The notes under the pieces are model-generated. The model worked only from the letters and a program-made list of their open reading frames with translations, was not told the DNA's origin and ran no database searches. 64,000 bases of DNA from a bacterium (GTDB taxonomy: Bacteria; UBA8248; JACPRG01; G963555815), in the NCBI GenBank assembly GCA_965218795.1, contig OZ244653.1, positions 3,744,001 through 3,808,000 on the forward strand, written 5' to 3'. Shown here piece by piece: positions 51,385 to 59,998 of this stretch (its first letter is position 1; each line of letters begins with the position of its first letter). The translations under genes were made by a program, and so were the position numbers.

Positions 51385-51873
51385 CTAGGCAGAAGCGTCC
51401 TTCGATAGATCCTCCGCCATTTGGAGGACTTCCTCGAATTCGTCTTTTCGGACTGGCTGGACGCTGGGCCGCCGCCCCTTTTGGACGACCTGCATGTTTA
51501 TCAATTTGGGGTTGGCTTTCAAGGCATCGAGGGGGACGGGAGCCGGCAGCCTGCTCGTCGCCTTGATGTCGACCATGTCCCACCGCGGATTGTCAGGGGT
51601 GGACTTGGGATCGAAATATTTGGCCTTCTTGTCCCAGGCGGTGTGGTCGGGATAGGCTTCCCGGACGACCTCCGCAACCCCAGCCGCATGGGGGGGCTTC
51701 GTGCTCGAGTGATAGACGAGGACAAGATCGCCCTTGCGCATCGCTCTCATGTGATTTCGTGAGAGGTAGTTGCGGATGCCGTCCCAGTGATCGGTCTGTT
51801 TTTTCTGCGCAAGAAGATCGTCGAACGAGTACGCTTCGGGCTCGGTCTTCATCAGCCAGTACTGGCGTTCCAA
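51385..51873 (-). CDS. EVE domain protein
   Basis: YWLMKTEP, WDGIRNY, YHS, YPDHTAWD...Y.DPKS. Confidence 0.92.
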   Translation of the reverse strand: MERQYWLMKTEPEAYSFDDLLAQKKQTDHWDGIRNYLSRNHMRAMRKGDLVLVYHSSTKPPHAAGVAEVVREAYPDHTAWDKKAKYFDPKSTPDNPRWDMVDIKATSRLPAPVPLDALKANPKLINMQVVQKGRRPSVQPVRKDEFEEVLQMAEDLSKDASA

Positions 51874-52006
51874 CAGTCAATTCCTCCGGGAACCGGATTG
51901 GATCTCGATCCCTCGTTGAGCCGGACCCACCCCCTTGCGCCGATCCCAACCTCAGCCGGCTTCAATGAATCGTATATCCATTGTCGGTGTCGAAAGGGTT
52001 CTCCTC

Positions 52007-52501
52007 CTAACCGAGGATCCCGTTCCATTCTTCGGTGCGGGGCTTCTGTGCCTCGAGGAGCGTTGCCGCGTCGCCTCCGATGGAGACCGACTCGATGCTG
52101 TCGCCCTGCTGGATCGCGTCCACAATCTCCTGCCCTCCGGTCACTTTGCCGAAAACCGTGTGATTGCCGTCCAGCCAGGGCGTTTTGACATGGGTGATGA
52201 AGAACTGGGAGCCATTGGTGCCGGGCCCGGAGTTTGCCATTGAGAGGGTGCCCGGCCCGTCATGCGGAAGCTCCGGCGTGCACTCGTCCTCGAACCGATA
52301 GCCGGGACCGCCTGTTCCGTCCCCCTTCGGGCAGCCGCCTTGGATCATGAATTCGGGAATGACGCGATGGAAGGAGAGGCCGTCGTAATAGCCCCGATGT
52401 ACGAGATTCACAAAGTTCGCCACGGTGACAGGGGCCTTGTCTTCGTGCAGATCCAATTGGATTTCGCCTCGGTTCGTGCTGATCCTCGCTGTCAAATTCA
52501 T
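52007..52501 (-). CDS. Cyclophilin-type peptidyl-prolyl isomerase
   Basis: [43 protein letters not shown]. Confidence 0.95.
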   Translation of the reverse strand: MNLTARISTNRGEIQLDLHEDKAPVTVANFVNLVHRGYYDGLSFHRVIPEFMIQGGCPKGDGTGGPGYRFEDECTPELPHDGPGTLSMANSGPGTNGSQFFITHVKTPWLDGNHTVFGKVTGGQEIVDAIQQGDSIESVSIGGDAATLLEAQKPRTEEWNGILG

Positions 52502-52747
52502 GAGGGTTCTCCCGGTTGATCATGGTAGCGGATGGAATTTGCAAATATGCGGGACCTCGGGCGTTGCGGTCATTCACCCGCCGGCAACACGGGGAGCGGC
52601 TGCCGTACGCCCGCCTTGAAAGGGCTATCCGGCAGGATATCAGGGGCGGACGGTCAAAAGGGGCATGGTGTTGGCCGGCCCGGAGAGGCTCTCCGGTAAA
52701 AATCAGAGGCTGCCGGCCCTTCCAGGAACGCATAGGATGGGTTGACC

Positions 52748-52780
52748 AAAAAAACGACGACCGGAATCCGGTCGCCGCTT
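52748..52780 (-). terminator. Rho-independent terminator after the cold-shock gene
   Basis: CGGCGACCGG-ATT-CCGGTCGTCG followed by T7 on the minus strand. Confidence 0.8.
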
Positions 52781-52805
52781 GTATCTTCGATGAATGGAGT
52801 TTGGG

Positions 52806-53015
52806 TTAACCTCCCGTCACTTTTCTGACATTGGCCGCTTGAAGCCCCTTTGGGCCTTCCACCACTTCAAAGGTAACGGCTTCTCCCTCCTGCAGGGATT
52901 TGAAGCCCTCCCCTTCAATGGCCGAGTAGTGGACGAACACGTCGTTTCCGTCTTCCTGTGAGATGAAACCGAATCCCTTGGAGTCATTGAACCACTTCAC
53001 GGTTCCTTCGGGCAC
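52806..53015 (-). CDS. Cold-shock protein
   Basis: [34 protein letters not shown]; GTG start after AGGAG. Confidence 0.95.
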   Translation of the reverse strand: MPEGTVKWFNDSKGFGFISQEDGNDVFVHYSAIEGEGFKSLQEGEAVTFEVVEGPKGLQAANVRKVTGG

Positions 53016-53344
53016 CTTAGATTCTCCTGCGCAACTGCAAACCATTCCCCGGAACCTACGCCTGTCGTAGAAACACCCGGGTCGATAGTCGCAAAGATAA
53101 TTCGGAGAGCCCGATTTTGCAAGGGGATTTTCAAGCGGGGGGAAGATTCGCTCCCGTCTATCCTGGTCTCTGCGCGACACTCGTCGAAATGCACGTACTC
53201 AAATAAATGCAGCGGGTTTCGTTGGTGAATCGCGAGTGTATCTGGGAGAGCGGGTGTGCTAATCTTGGAATTCACAAAGAGATGGTTGTTCCGAATTGTG
53301 GCAATGCAGGTTCATTCGATCCTGGGAGGGGGTTGTTCATCATC

Positions 53345-53917
53345 ATGAATCGGTTGTTCAATCAGATGATTTTCCTCGTCGTTTTCTTGTTGGCGGTCTA
53401 TTGGGTCCCGGGAATCTCGGAAGCCAGGACCTTCAATCATGAGAAGGCCGGGGTTCTGGTTGACCTCCCTGATTACTGGGGTGTGCAGGATAAACAGGGG
53501 GTCATTGTCACATCGCCCCGTGACGGTTCGGTCCTGCTGGTGTTCGGCGTTGTTCCCCAGCATAACCTCCAGCAGGCATTAAGGGAATTGGACAGACAAC
53601 TCCTCAACTTCGTCAAGTCACCCAAGATTGAAGGGAGGCCCGAGTCGGTCAATGTGAACGGAATGAAGGGTTATTCCGTGGGCGCCTCGGGAATGACGGA
53701 AGGGAAAAAGGTCGATATTGCGGTGCTGATCCTGGATACGCATGCGTCCAACATGTTCCTGGTGCTGGGTATCGGGGAAAAGGGAAAATTTGAAAAGCAT
53801 GTGCCCGTGGTCGAGCAAATCCTCGGCAGCCTCCGGCCCAACACCTCTTCAATTCTTCCCATAAAACCCTACATCCTGCGTCCTGCTCCCGAAGGCTTTT
53901 ATCGGGGGCAGGAATGA
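53345..53917 (+). CDS. Secreted hypothetical protein (possible PsbP/DcrB-like fold)
   Basis: Signal peptide; GVLVDLPDYW, VNGMKG, ILGSLRP; the stop codon lies inside a repeat. Confidence 0.65.
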   Translation: MNRLFNQMIFLVVFLLAVYWVPGISEARTFNHEKAGVLVDLPDYWGVQDKQGVIVTSPRDGSVLLVFGVVPQHNLQQALRELDRQLLNFVKSPKIEGRPESVNVNGMKGYSVGASGMTEGKKVDIAVLILDTHASNMFLVLGIGEKGKFEKHVPVVEQILGSLRPNTSSILPIKPYILRPAPEGFYRGQE

Positions 53918-54001
53918 CCGAGAGCCTGCCCTTGCATGGTTTCAGCAGGGGGCGCACCAATCCGAAAGACATTCATTAAGTATGATGTCCTCGGAATCCC
54001 C
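53882..54001. repeat. ~120-bp dispersed element, copy 2
   Basis: Close match to 22271-22390. Confidence 0.85.
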
Positions 54002-54157
54002 GCGTGGCGGAGTGGCGATCGAAAGATCTTGGAGACGCCCCAAGAATGGAACAAGGGGTAACGATCCGTCGCTGTCGGGTAATCGTAAGCGTGCGCCCGA
54101 TGTCGGACTTGGCGAATCGGAGCGAGAAGCTGGAAAATGGCCCCGTTTATGGGGAGC

Positions 54158-54805
54158 TCACTCCGGCGTCTGCCGTCTCTTCATTTCCCGCCCGACCCGC
54201 GCGTTCCACCAGACTATCAGCGGGGTTATTACGATGGTGGGTAGGATCCAGGCCAGCCATACGGGGCGCGTATCCACGTTGACGACCACGACGGCGGTGA
54301 CGGTGGCGATGGTTCCCGCCAGCATATTGGTAAGGTGCCGGGCGATGCGCCGCTTGCCGGACCCTCGCTGAGTGCCGTGGAAGCGGGCGTCCGCGGCGCT
54401 CAGCGCCACCGCGATGCTCCCGAACACCGCCATCGTTACCCACTGGGAACGACCCCATAGGAAAAGCGCGGCACCGTAGCCCCACATCCCAAGCCCGGTG
54501 AGCCCCATGACCGCCGTCGCGGCCCAGTCCACCGGCTGTGCGCGTCCGCGCCTGTTCCGGGCAAAGCGCCAGCCGGCAAACACCAGATAGAAGCTGAATA
54601 CGGCGACCAGCGACAGAAGCACATCGGCCCCGAGTATCGCCATCGGCAGCGCGGTACCGAAGACCACCGCCATTGTGACGACATAGACCCGCCCCGCAAT
54701 TCTGTGATTGGCGCCTCCCTTGGCCGTTGCCAGCGCGATGAGAGCCGTTACCAGCGCAACCGAGCCGGCCGCGATGTGGATGACGAGGAGAGCAGTACCG
54801 AGCAT
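54158..54805 (-). CDS. DUF2306-like membrane protein
   Basis: IHIAAG, KGG.NHRIAGRVY, RHLTNMLAGTIATVTA; about six TMs. Confidence 0.8.
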   Translation of the reverse strand: MLGTALLVIHIAAGSVALVTALIALATAKGGANHRIAGRVYVVTMAVVFGTALPMAILGADVLLSLVAVFSFYLVFAGWRFARNRRGRAQPVDWAATAVMGLTGLGMWGYGAALFLWGRSQWVTMAVFGSIAVALSAADARFHGTQRGSGKRRIARHLTNMLAGTIATVTAVVVVNVDTRPVWLAWILPTIVITPLIVWWNARVGREMKRRQTPE

Positions 54806-54829
54806 ATGCTCTTCTACCGGTCGCTGACC

Positions 54830-54946
54830 GGGCTGTCCAGTGCAAACTGTTCGCGTTGGTCCACGGTTTTCATCTCCTTCCACGGCATCGGCAGTTCCTC
54901 CTTGCCGTGTAGTGTAGCAGTGTAAACCATGTATCCGGTTTGTACC
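54830..54946 (-). mobile_element. IS481-family left-end remnant
   Basis: MPWKEMKTVDQREQF resembles an IS481 transposase N-terminus; preceded by a GTGTAAACCATGTATCCGG end motif and AAGGAGG RBS. Confidence 0.6.
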
Positions 54947-55071
54947 CCTCTTGCTCCCTCTCCCCCCGGGAGAGGGTTGGGGTGAGGGGGCATCTGTCTC
55001 ATCACCGACACCCCACGGGCATGCGCTATGCTGGTTCGGCCTATGGCGATTTTCCACTTGTCATTCCCGCG

Positions 55072-55148
55072 AAGCCTGCCCCTGCATGGTTTCAGCAGGG
55101 GGCGCACCAATCCAAAAGTCATTCATCAAGTATCGTGTCCCCGGAACC
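55072..55148. repeat. Dispersed element, partial copy 3
   Basis: GCCTGCCCCTGCATGGTTTCAGCAGGGGGCGCACCAATCC...AAGTATCGTGTCCCCGGAA. Confidence 0.8.
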
Positions 55149-55265
55149 GGGAGGAAACGCTTCGGTCGACCCGGCCGGGACGTTTCTGTCTTGGGAGCGG
55201 GTGGGCGGGATGAAGAAAAGGAGGCGAAGGGATGGTGATCACTCCACGGTGCGCTGTCCGGCCGC

Positions 55266-55440
55266 TCAGACCGTGGCCCCAATTGGGAAATGAAGGTCCA
55301 TTTCACCGTTGCAGGCGCGGCGAATGGATTCTTCGAGACTCCGGGCAAGCTGGATTTCCGTCGCCGTAATCAGCAGGTTTTCATCGCCCCTTTCGATTTT
55401 CATCATCCGCTTGAGCGGGTGAGCTTCTTTTTCTTTCAGG
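55266..55440 (-). pseudogene. BCAM0308-family C-terminal remnant
   Basis: EKEAHPLKRMMKIE...LLITATEIQLARSLEESIRRACNGEMDLHF; 5' part missing. Confidence 0.5.
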
Positions 55441-56695
55441 TTCCGCGGCAGGCATGGCAAGCCGTCAAGGCGTATACCTGTGCCGCCTTCTGGAGGTCTT
55501 CTTCGAGGAGAAATTTCATTCCCCCGCCCGTGGGCGCGCCCGGCCCATAGGTGAGCGCGGGGATACCGGCCCGATTCAATACGTTCAGGTCTCGCCACAT
55601 GCTTGTCTCGGGAGGCTCCACGCCTTCCAAGGGCTTTGAGATCACCGAAGCATGAGCCGTTTTCAGGGCGCTTCGCAGCGGCTCGATGTTTTCCGCTATG
55701 GATCCCTGGCGATACAGGTACACTTCGGCCTCGGCTCCGATCCCGCTTTTGCGGCAGGCTGTCTCCAGTTGCCGGAGCACCTCCCGGGGATTGGCCTCCG
55801 GCCTTAAGCGGATATCGAGATAGAGTTGGCAGGCGGGAGGGCTACAGGAGGGGTCGAACGGGCGGCCCGCCCGGATGGCTCCGATATTGACCTTGGGCAC
55901 AAACCGTCCGCAGTCCAAATCGATGCTGTTCCCTTCTTCGTACTCGACGGACCAGGCCTGAATGGCCTGAACGAGCCCGGACGCCATCAGAATCGAATGA
56001 GCGCTGTCCCCGGGGGGGAGCGAATTATCAACAAACGGCGCGTACCTGCGCTGGCCCCGGACCGTGAGCTTGACGTAAAGGACCCCGGCTTCGGCCCAGG
56101 TCACGCCGAAATGGGTGGCCTCCGCGACAATGGCTGCGCTTGCCCGGGTGCCGTGGTCCACCAGGTGACGGGTGCCGAAGCCGTTGCCCAGATAGCGGGA
56201 TCCCCGGAACTCATCGACGGGAGCGGTTCCAATCTCGCCCACGACCATCGTCAGGACGACGTCCCCCGCAAGCCTGATTCCGCTGTCGCGCAGGGCCTTG
56301 GCGGCAACCAACCAGGAGGCCATCGGGCCTTTGTCATTCACCACCCCAATTCCGAACACCCGGCCTCCTTCCACCCAGGCCCGCTTCTCCATGCCCTGCT
56401 GCTCTTTCGGAAGCCCGGGGTCGAAGGGGTCGGGGATCTGCGTGTCCATATGGCTGTTGAAGAGGAGGCTGGGACCGCCGCCGGTTCCCCTGAGGAGAGC
56501 GACAACGTTGTCTCTCTCCGGGGCGACATGCTGCCGGAAGGGGGCGAATCCTGCATCCTTCAGCCAGATTTCAAGGAAGTCGGCCATCGGAAGCTCATAC
56601 CCGGAGGGGCTCGGAATGTTACCGAGCGCAACGGCAAGGTCCACAATTTCCCGGAGATCGATCCGGCTGAGAATTCGTTCTTCGTCTATGTTCAT
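55436..56695 (-). CDS. M20 (ArgE/DapE-like) metallohydrolase
   Basis: NIPSPSGYE, NVVA, FNSHMDT, G.GVVNDKG, VVGE, AEAT, TYGPG. Confidence 0.88.
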   Translation of the reverse strand: MNIDEERILSRIDLREIVDLAVALGNIPSPSGYELPMADFLEIWLKDAGFAPFRQHVAPERDNVVALLRGTGGGPSLLFNSHMDTQIPDPFDPGLPKEQQGMEKRAWVEGGRVFGIGVVNDKGPMASWLVAAKALRDSGIRLAGDVVLTMVVGEIGTAPVDEFRGSRYLGNGFGTRHLVDHGTRASAAIVAEATHFGVTWAEAGVLYVKLTVRGQRRYAPFVDNSLPPGDSAHSILMASGLVQAIQAWSVEYEEGNSIDLDCGRFVPKVNIGAIRAGRPFDPSCSPPACQLYLDIRLRPEANPREVLRQLETACRKSGIGAEAEVYLYRQGSIAENIEPLRSALKTAHASVISKPLEGVEPPETSMWRDLNVLNRAGIPALTYGPGAPTGGGMKFLLEEDLQKAAQVYALTACHACRGT

Positions 56696-56743
56696 GGGCC
56701 GTCGAATTCATCCTTCCTTCGAAGGCCGGCCGATGGCCGCCGG

Positions 56744-57142
56744 CTATTTCTGGATGATCTTGGTGTCATCGTCCGGAATGACCGCAATGGCGTCCACCTC
56801 CACCAGCATCTCGGGTTCTGCGAGCTGTACGCCCATGATCAAAGTGCTCGGCGGGGTGTGGTTCATGATTTTGGCCCTGGCCGCGCTGAAGGCGTTCCGG
56901 TCCTCCCGGTTGCTCAGATAGGCGGTCACCTTAATGATGTGGTCGAGCGAGCTCCCGTACCCCTCTAAGGTTTCTTTGAGGTTCAGGAAGAGGATCTCGG
57001 TTTGCTCGGCGACGTCCTCGCCCAAGACCACCTGGGTCGCCCGGTCTTTCGAGTCCTCGCCAGCGAGAAACAGGAAGTTGTCGACCCGGCAGACCCGATC
57101 GTATGTCCTTGGCGGTTGGTGATGCAGAAATTCGACTTCCAT
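56744..57142 (-). CDS. RidA/YjgF family protein
   Basis: LFLAGE, IIKVTAYL, PPSTLIMGVQLA.PEMLVEVDAIA. Confidence 0.88.
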   Translation of the reverse strand: MEVEFLHHQPPRTYDRVCRVDNFLFLAGEDSKDRATQVVLGEDVAEQTEILFLNLKETLEGYGSSLDHIIKVTAYLSNREDRNAFSAARAKIMNHTPPSTLIMGVQLAEPEMLVEVDAIAVIPDDDTKIIQK

Positions 57143-57176
57143 TCGTCCACTCCTTCAATCAACCATCCGACGGTTT

Positions 57177-57627
57177 TCAGATGGATTGGAGCCCCTCATG
57201 ATCCTCGACCACGGCAACCGCCTGGATTTCAATGAGCAGGTCCGGGTGGGCGAGCCGGGCCACGGTGATCAGGGCGCTGGCCGGTTTCCCGTCGGGGAAG
57301 TACTGCTTCCGGATCTTGACGAACTCATCTCCGTGACGGACGTCGATGATGAACACGGTCATCGTGACGAGATCCTCAAGCTTGCCTCCCGCTTTTTTCA
57401 GGGTCGCCTCCAGGTTACGGAAGACGCTGTGGGCCTGGGCCGCGAAAATCCCCCGCCATGACGTGCCGGGTGTGCTCCGAGCCGGCCACGGGCTCGAAAT
57501 CGCCCTCTTCGTCCGTTCCCGCCACGGCCCCCGCCAGCCACACGATTCTGCCGCCTTGGGTCACGACCGCGGGGGAATAGGCCCGTTCTTCCTCCTGCCA
57601 CGCACCTTTGATGTACTCTCTCGGCAT
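57177..57627 (-). pseudogene. Second RidA-family protein, +1 frameshift near 57447
   Basis: RAYSPAVVTQGGRIVWLAG...; continues AQAHSVFRNLEATL...PASALITV..LAHPDLLIEIQA after an extra base in a T-run (could be a sequencing error). Confidence 0.75.
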
Positions 57628-57888
57628 GTTCTCTCCCTTTGAATTCAAGAACGTTTCTGTCTGGAAGGGTTCCATTATCTACCGGAATCGGAGTAGGTGA
57701 TAGGGTGAAAAGGATCGAATCTGACCGCGGATATCCTCTTCGTGAACGATTTCGCCCTCGGGGTTTCGGGCCGTCAGGCCGAAGGTGAAGACCAGCCGGT
57801 CGCCTTTCGCGCGGATGCCCTGGGAGGGCGGGGGGAGCGATTCAGGTCTGATCCGGTTGGGCGGACGCGCATGGCATTCTGCCGTGGG

Positions 57889-59115
57889 TCACAACAAGTC
57901 TTTTTCCAGCGGGAAGCAGGTGAAGTAGACCGGTCCCTCGGGCGTGACGATGAAGTTCTCTTCCAGTCCGACGGCGATATCCCCTTCGCGAACGTGGACG
58001 CGCAGCGTGAGATAGGTATTCGTCTCCAGGGTCTCCGGCGAGGCAATGCCCGGACCGATCTCGAATCCCTCGTGCCAGTCGAGGCCGAGGGCGTGACCGA
58101 CGGGGGCGGGGAGTTCGGGAAAATCGCGCAGACTGTCCAGAAGCGAGCCGGCCGTGCGGCCCGGCCAGCAGTTCGCCATCACCAGCCGCATGGCTTGGTG
58201 GCACCTCCGATAGAGGGCGTTCTCCTCGGGTTCGACGATGCCCCCGCATTTAAACGTTCTTTGGGCCCTCACCCGGTATCCTTCCGGTCCGGTTCCCAAA
58301 ATGCCGAAGATGACGAGCTCCCCTTCATTGATCGGGCGATCGGTCGGGAGGGATGCGGGTTCGAGGCTGTTCACACCCGCTGCGCACATCAGGTTCTCGA
58401 CCGATTCGAACCCGCTCGAAATGAGAAAACCCTGGCATTTCGCCGCGACCTCCCGTTCGGTCGCCCCCGGCTGAAGCCACTCGGTCCGTGTCCTTTGAAA
58501 AGCGATGTCGGCGATGTCGGTCACAAATCGCAAATGCTCGAGCTCTTCCATGTCTTTCAAAGTTCTGGCCTTGAGCATGGCGGGGTGCGCGTCCACGATT
58601 TCGGCGGCCGGAAATTCGGCCAGTCCGGAGGCAAGCCGGGTCAGGTCTGTCCCCAAGTGATCGATACCGAAGGTTCCCGAACAATTCGCCCGGCGAAGTC
58701 GATGCAGCCCTTCCGATAAGAGATGCGCGGCCGGTTCCCGGTCGGGATGAAAGGGGACGGCGGTAGGGTCGGGGGCGGACTCGTCCAAGGAATGGGTGGG
58801 AAGAGTTCCGGGCGACAACTCCAGGACGAGAGGCCCCTCGCTCAACGTTACAACGGCGCACTGGCCGTAGCGGGTCGTTCCGGATTCGTCCCAGGGGTCC
58901 CGGGCCCATCCGGTCAGGTAGCGGACGTTGGCGGGATCGAGGCAGAGGAGGGCCTGAAGACCTTCCGCTTCCATGATGAAGCGGGCACGGGCGAGCCGCT
59001 CGGAGTACAGGGCGTCCGCATCGAGCCGGTCCGTCCCCTGAGCGGCCGCAACATCAGTGATCCAGGAGCCGGTCGGGTCCTCGACGATCTTCTCCCGCTC
59101 ATCCGAGAGCCACAT
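57889..59115 (-). CDS. M24 family (Xaa-Pro peptidase/creatinase-like) protein
   Basis: DPANVRYLTG, ARTLKDMEE, PGATERE, RTF, GHALGLDWHE, LEENF.VT. Confidence 0.82.
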   Translation of the reverse strand: MWLSDEREKIVEDPTGSWITDVAAAQGTDRLDADALYSERLARARFIMEAEGLQALLCLDPANVRYLTGWARDPWDESGTTRYGQCAVVTLSEGPLVLELSPGTLPTHSLDESAPDPTAVPFHPDREPAAHLLSEGLHRLRRANCSGTFGIDHLGTDLTRLASGLAEFPAAEIVDAHPAMLKARTLKDMEELEHLRFVTDIADIAFQRTRTEWLQPGATEREVAAKCQGFLISSGFESVENLMCAAGVNSLEPASLPTDRPINEGELVIFGILGTGPEGYRVRAQRTFKCGGIVEPEENALYRRCHQAMRLVMANCWPGRTAGSLLDSLRDFPELPAPVGHALGLDWHEGFEIGPGIASPETLETNTYLTLRVHVREGDIAVGLEENFIVTPEGPVYFTCFPLEKDLL

Positions 59116-59119
59116 GGGA

Positions 59120-59794
59120 CTATCCGACCGAAGTGACGGCCGCCTCCACCCTTGCCCGCCAATCGGGGACTATCTTCCTCATATACGGGACGATCTTGTC
59201 GCGGGCCGCGGTGGCGCGGGCCTGCTTCTCGTCGTCGGTCGCATAGCGCTCGATAGCCAGACGGCCGACTTTATGGTGAAAGATCTCGTCCTTCTGGATC
59301 TTCCGGTAGAGGGCCGACGTGATGGGGTCGATCGGTTCGATGACGTTGATGAACGGCTCGTTTCCCCAAAACGCCATGATCGTTTCCACAGTATAGTTCA
59401 TCAGCATCATTTGCTCGAAAATGTCCCACTCCCTGGCTTCCAGACATAGATCGAGGATCTCTTGATATACTTCCAAAGGCTCCCAATCAAAGGGATCCTG
59501 GTCGAGCTGGGTGAGCCTTCTTTTCAGCCAGCGGTAATGGCGATATTCCTCGTCGACCTGCCGCGCGAGCAGGACCTGCATATCGAGCGGCGCGCTGGGG
59601 ATCCAGGAAGCGGCCGCCTTTCCCACCATGATTTCGTTCCACAGACCCTGTTTCATCCGGGTGATCACCATCTGCATGACCTGGTTATGATCGACGATCC
59701 CGCCGATGGCCATGAAGGCCTTTTCGATGCCCAACTCATCGTAGAGCTCGCGGTTGAGGGCTGTGATATGCTTAGCGTAATCGGCCGATTTCAT
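59120..59794 (-). CDS. Ferritin-like diiron protein
   Basis: E...DEEYRH...E...DEIFH diiron ligand pattern. Confidence 0.75.
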   Translation of the reverse strand: MKSADYAKHITALNRELYDELGIEKAFMAIGGIVDHNQVMQMVITRMKQGLWNEIMVGKAAASWIPSAPLDMQVLLARQVDEEYRHYRWLKRRLTQLDQDPFDWEPLEVYQEILDLCLEAREWDIFEQMMLMNYTVETIMAFWGNEPFINVIEPIDPITSALYRKIQKDEIFHHKVGRLAIERYATDDEKQARATAARDKIVPYMRKIVPDWRARVEAAVTSVG

Positions 59795-59998
59795 GGTTTG
59801 GAATCCTCAATCAATGGTCGGCTGGAATGGATGAACTACCCGAATTCATAGTATCATAATTCGGCTTCCAATCCTTGATTTGAAGGGTATCCGGCACCCG
59901 GCCGGCGCCTGAAAGGATGGTTTGCCGGCGTCACGACTTCATGAAATGAACCCGCGCCTCCGCCGGAGGCGGGGTCGGTTGCCAAGGAAATCGATCGC

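Noticed and set aside
52510-52745. Possible ncRNA or riboswitch upstream of the cyclophilin gene
   Set aside because: GC-rich pairing is possible, but I could not match any known family motif by eye.
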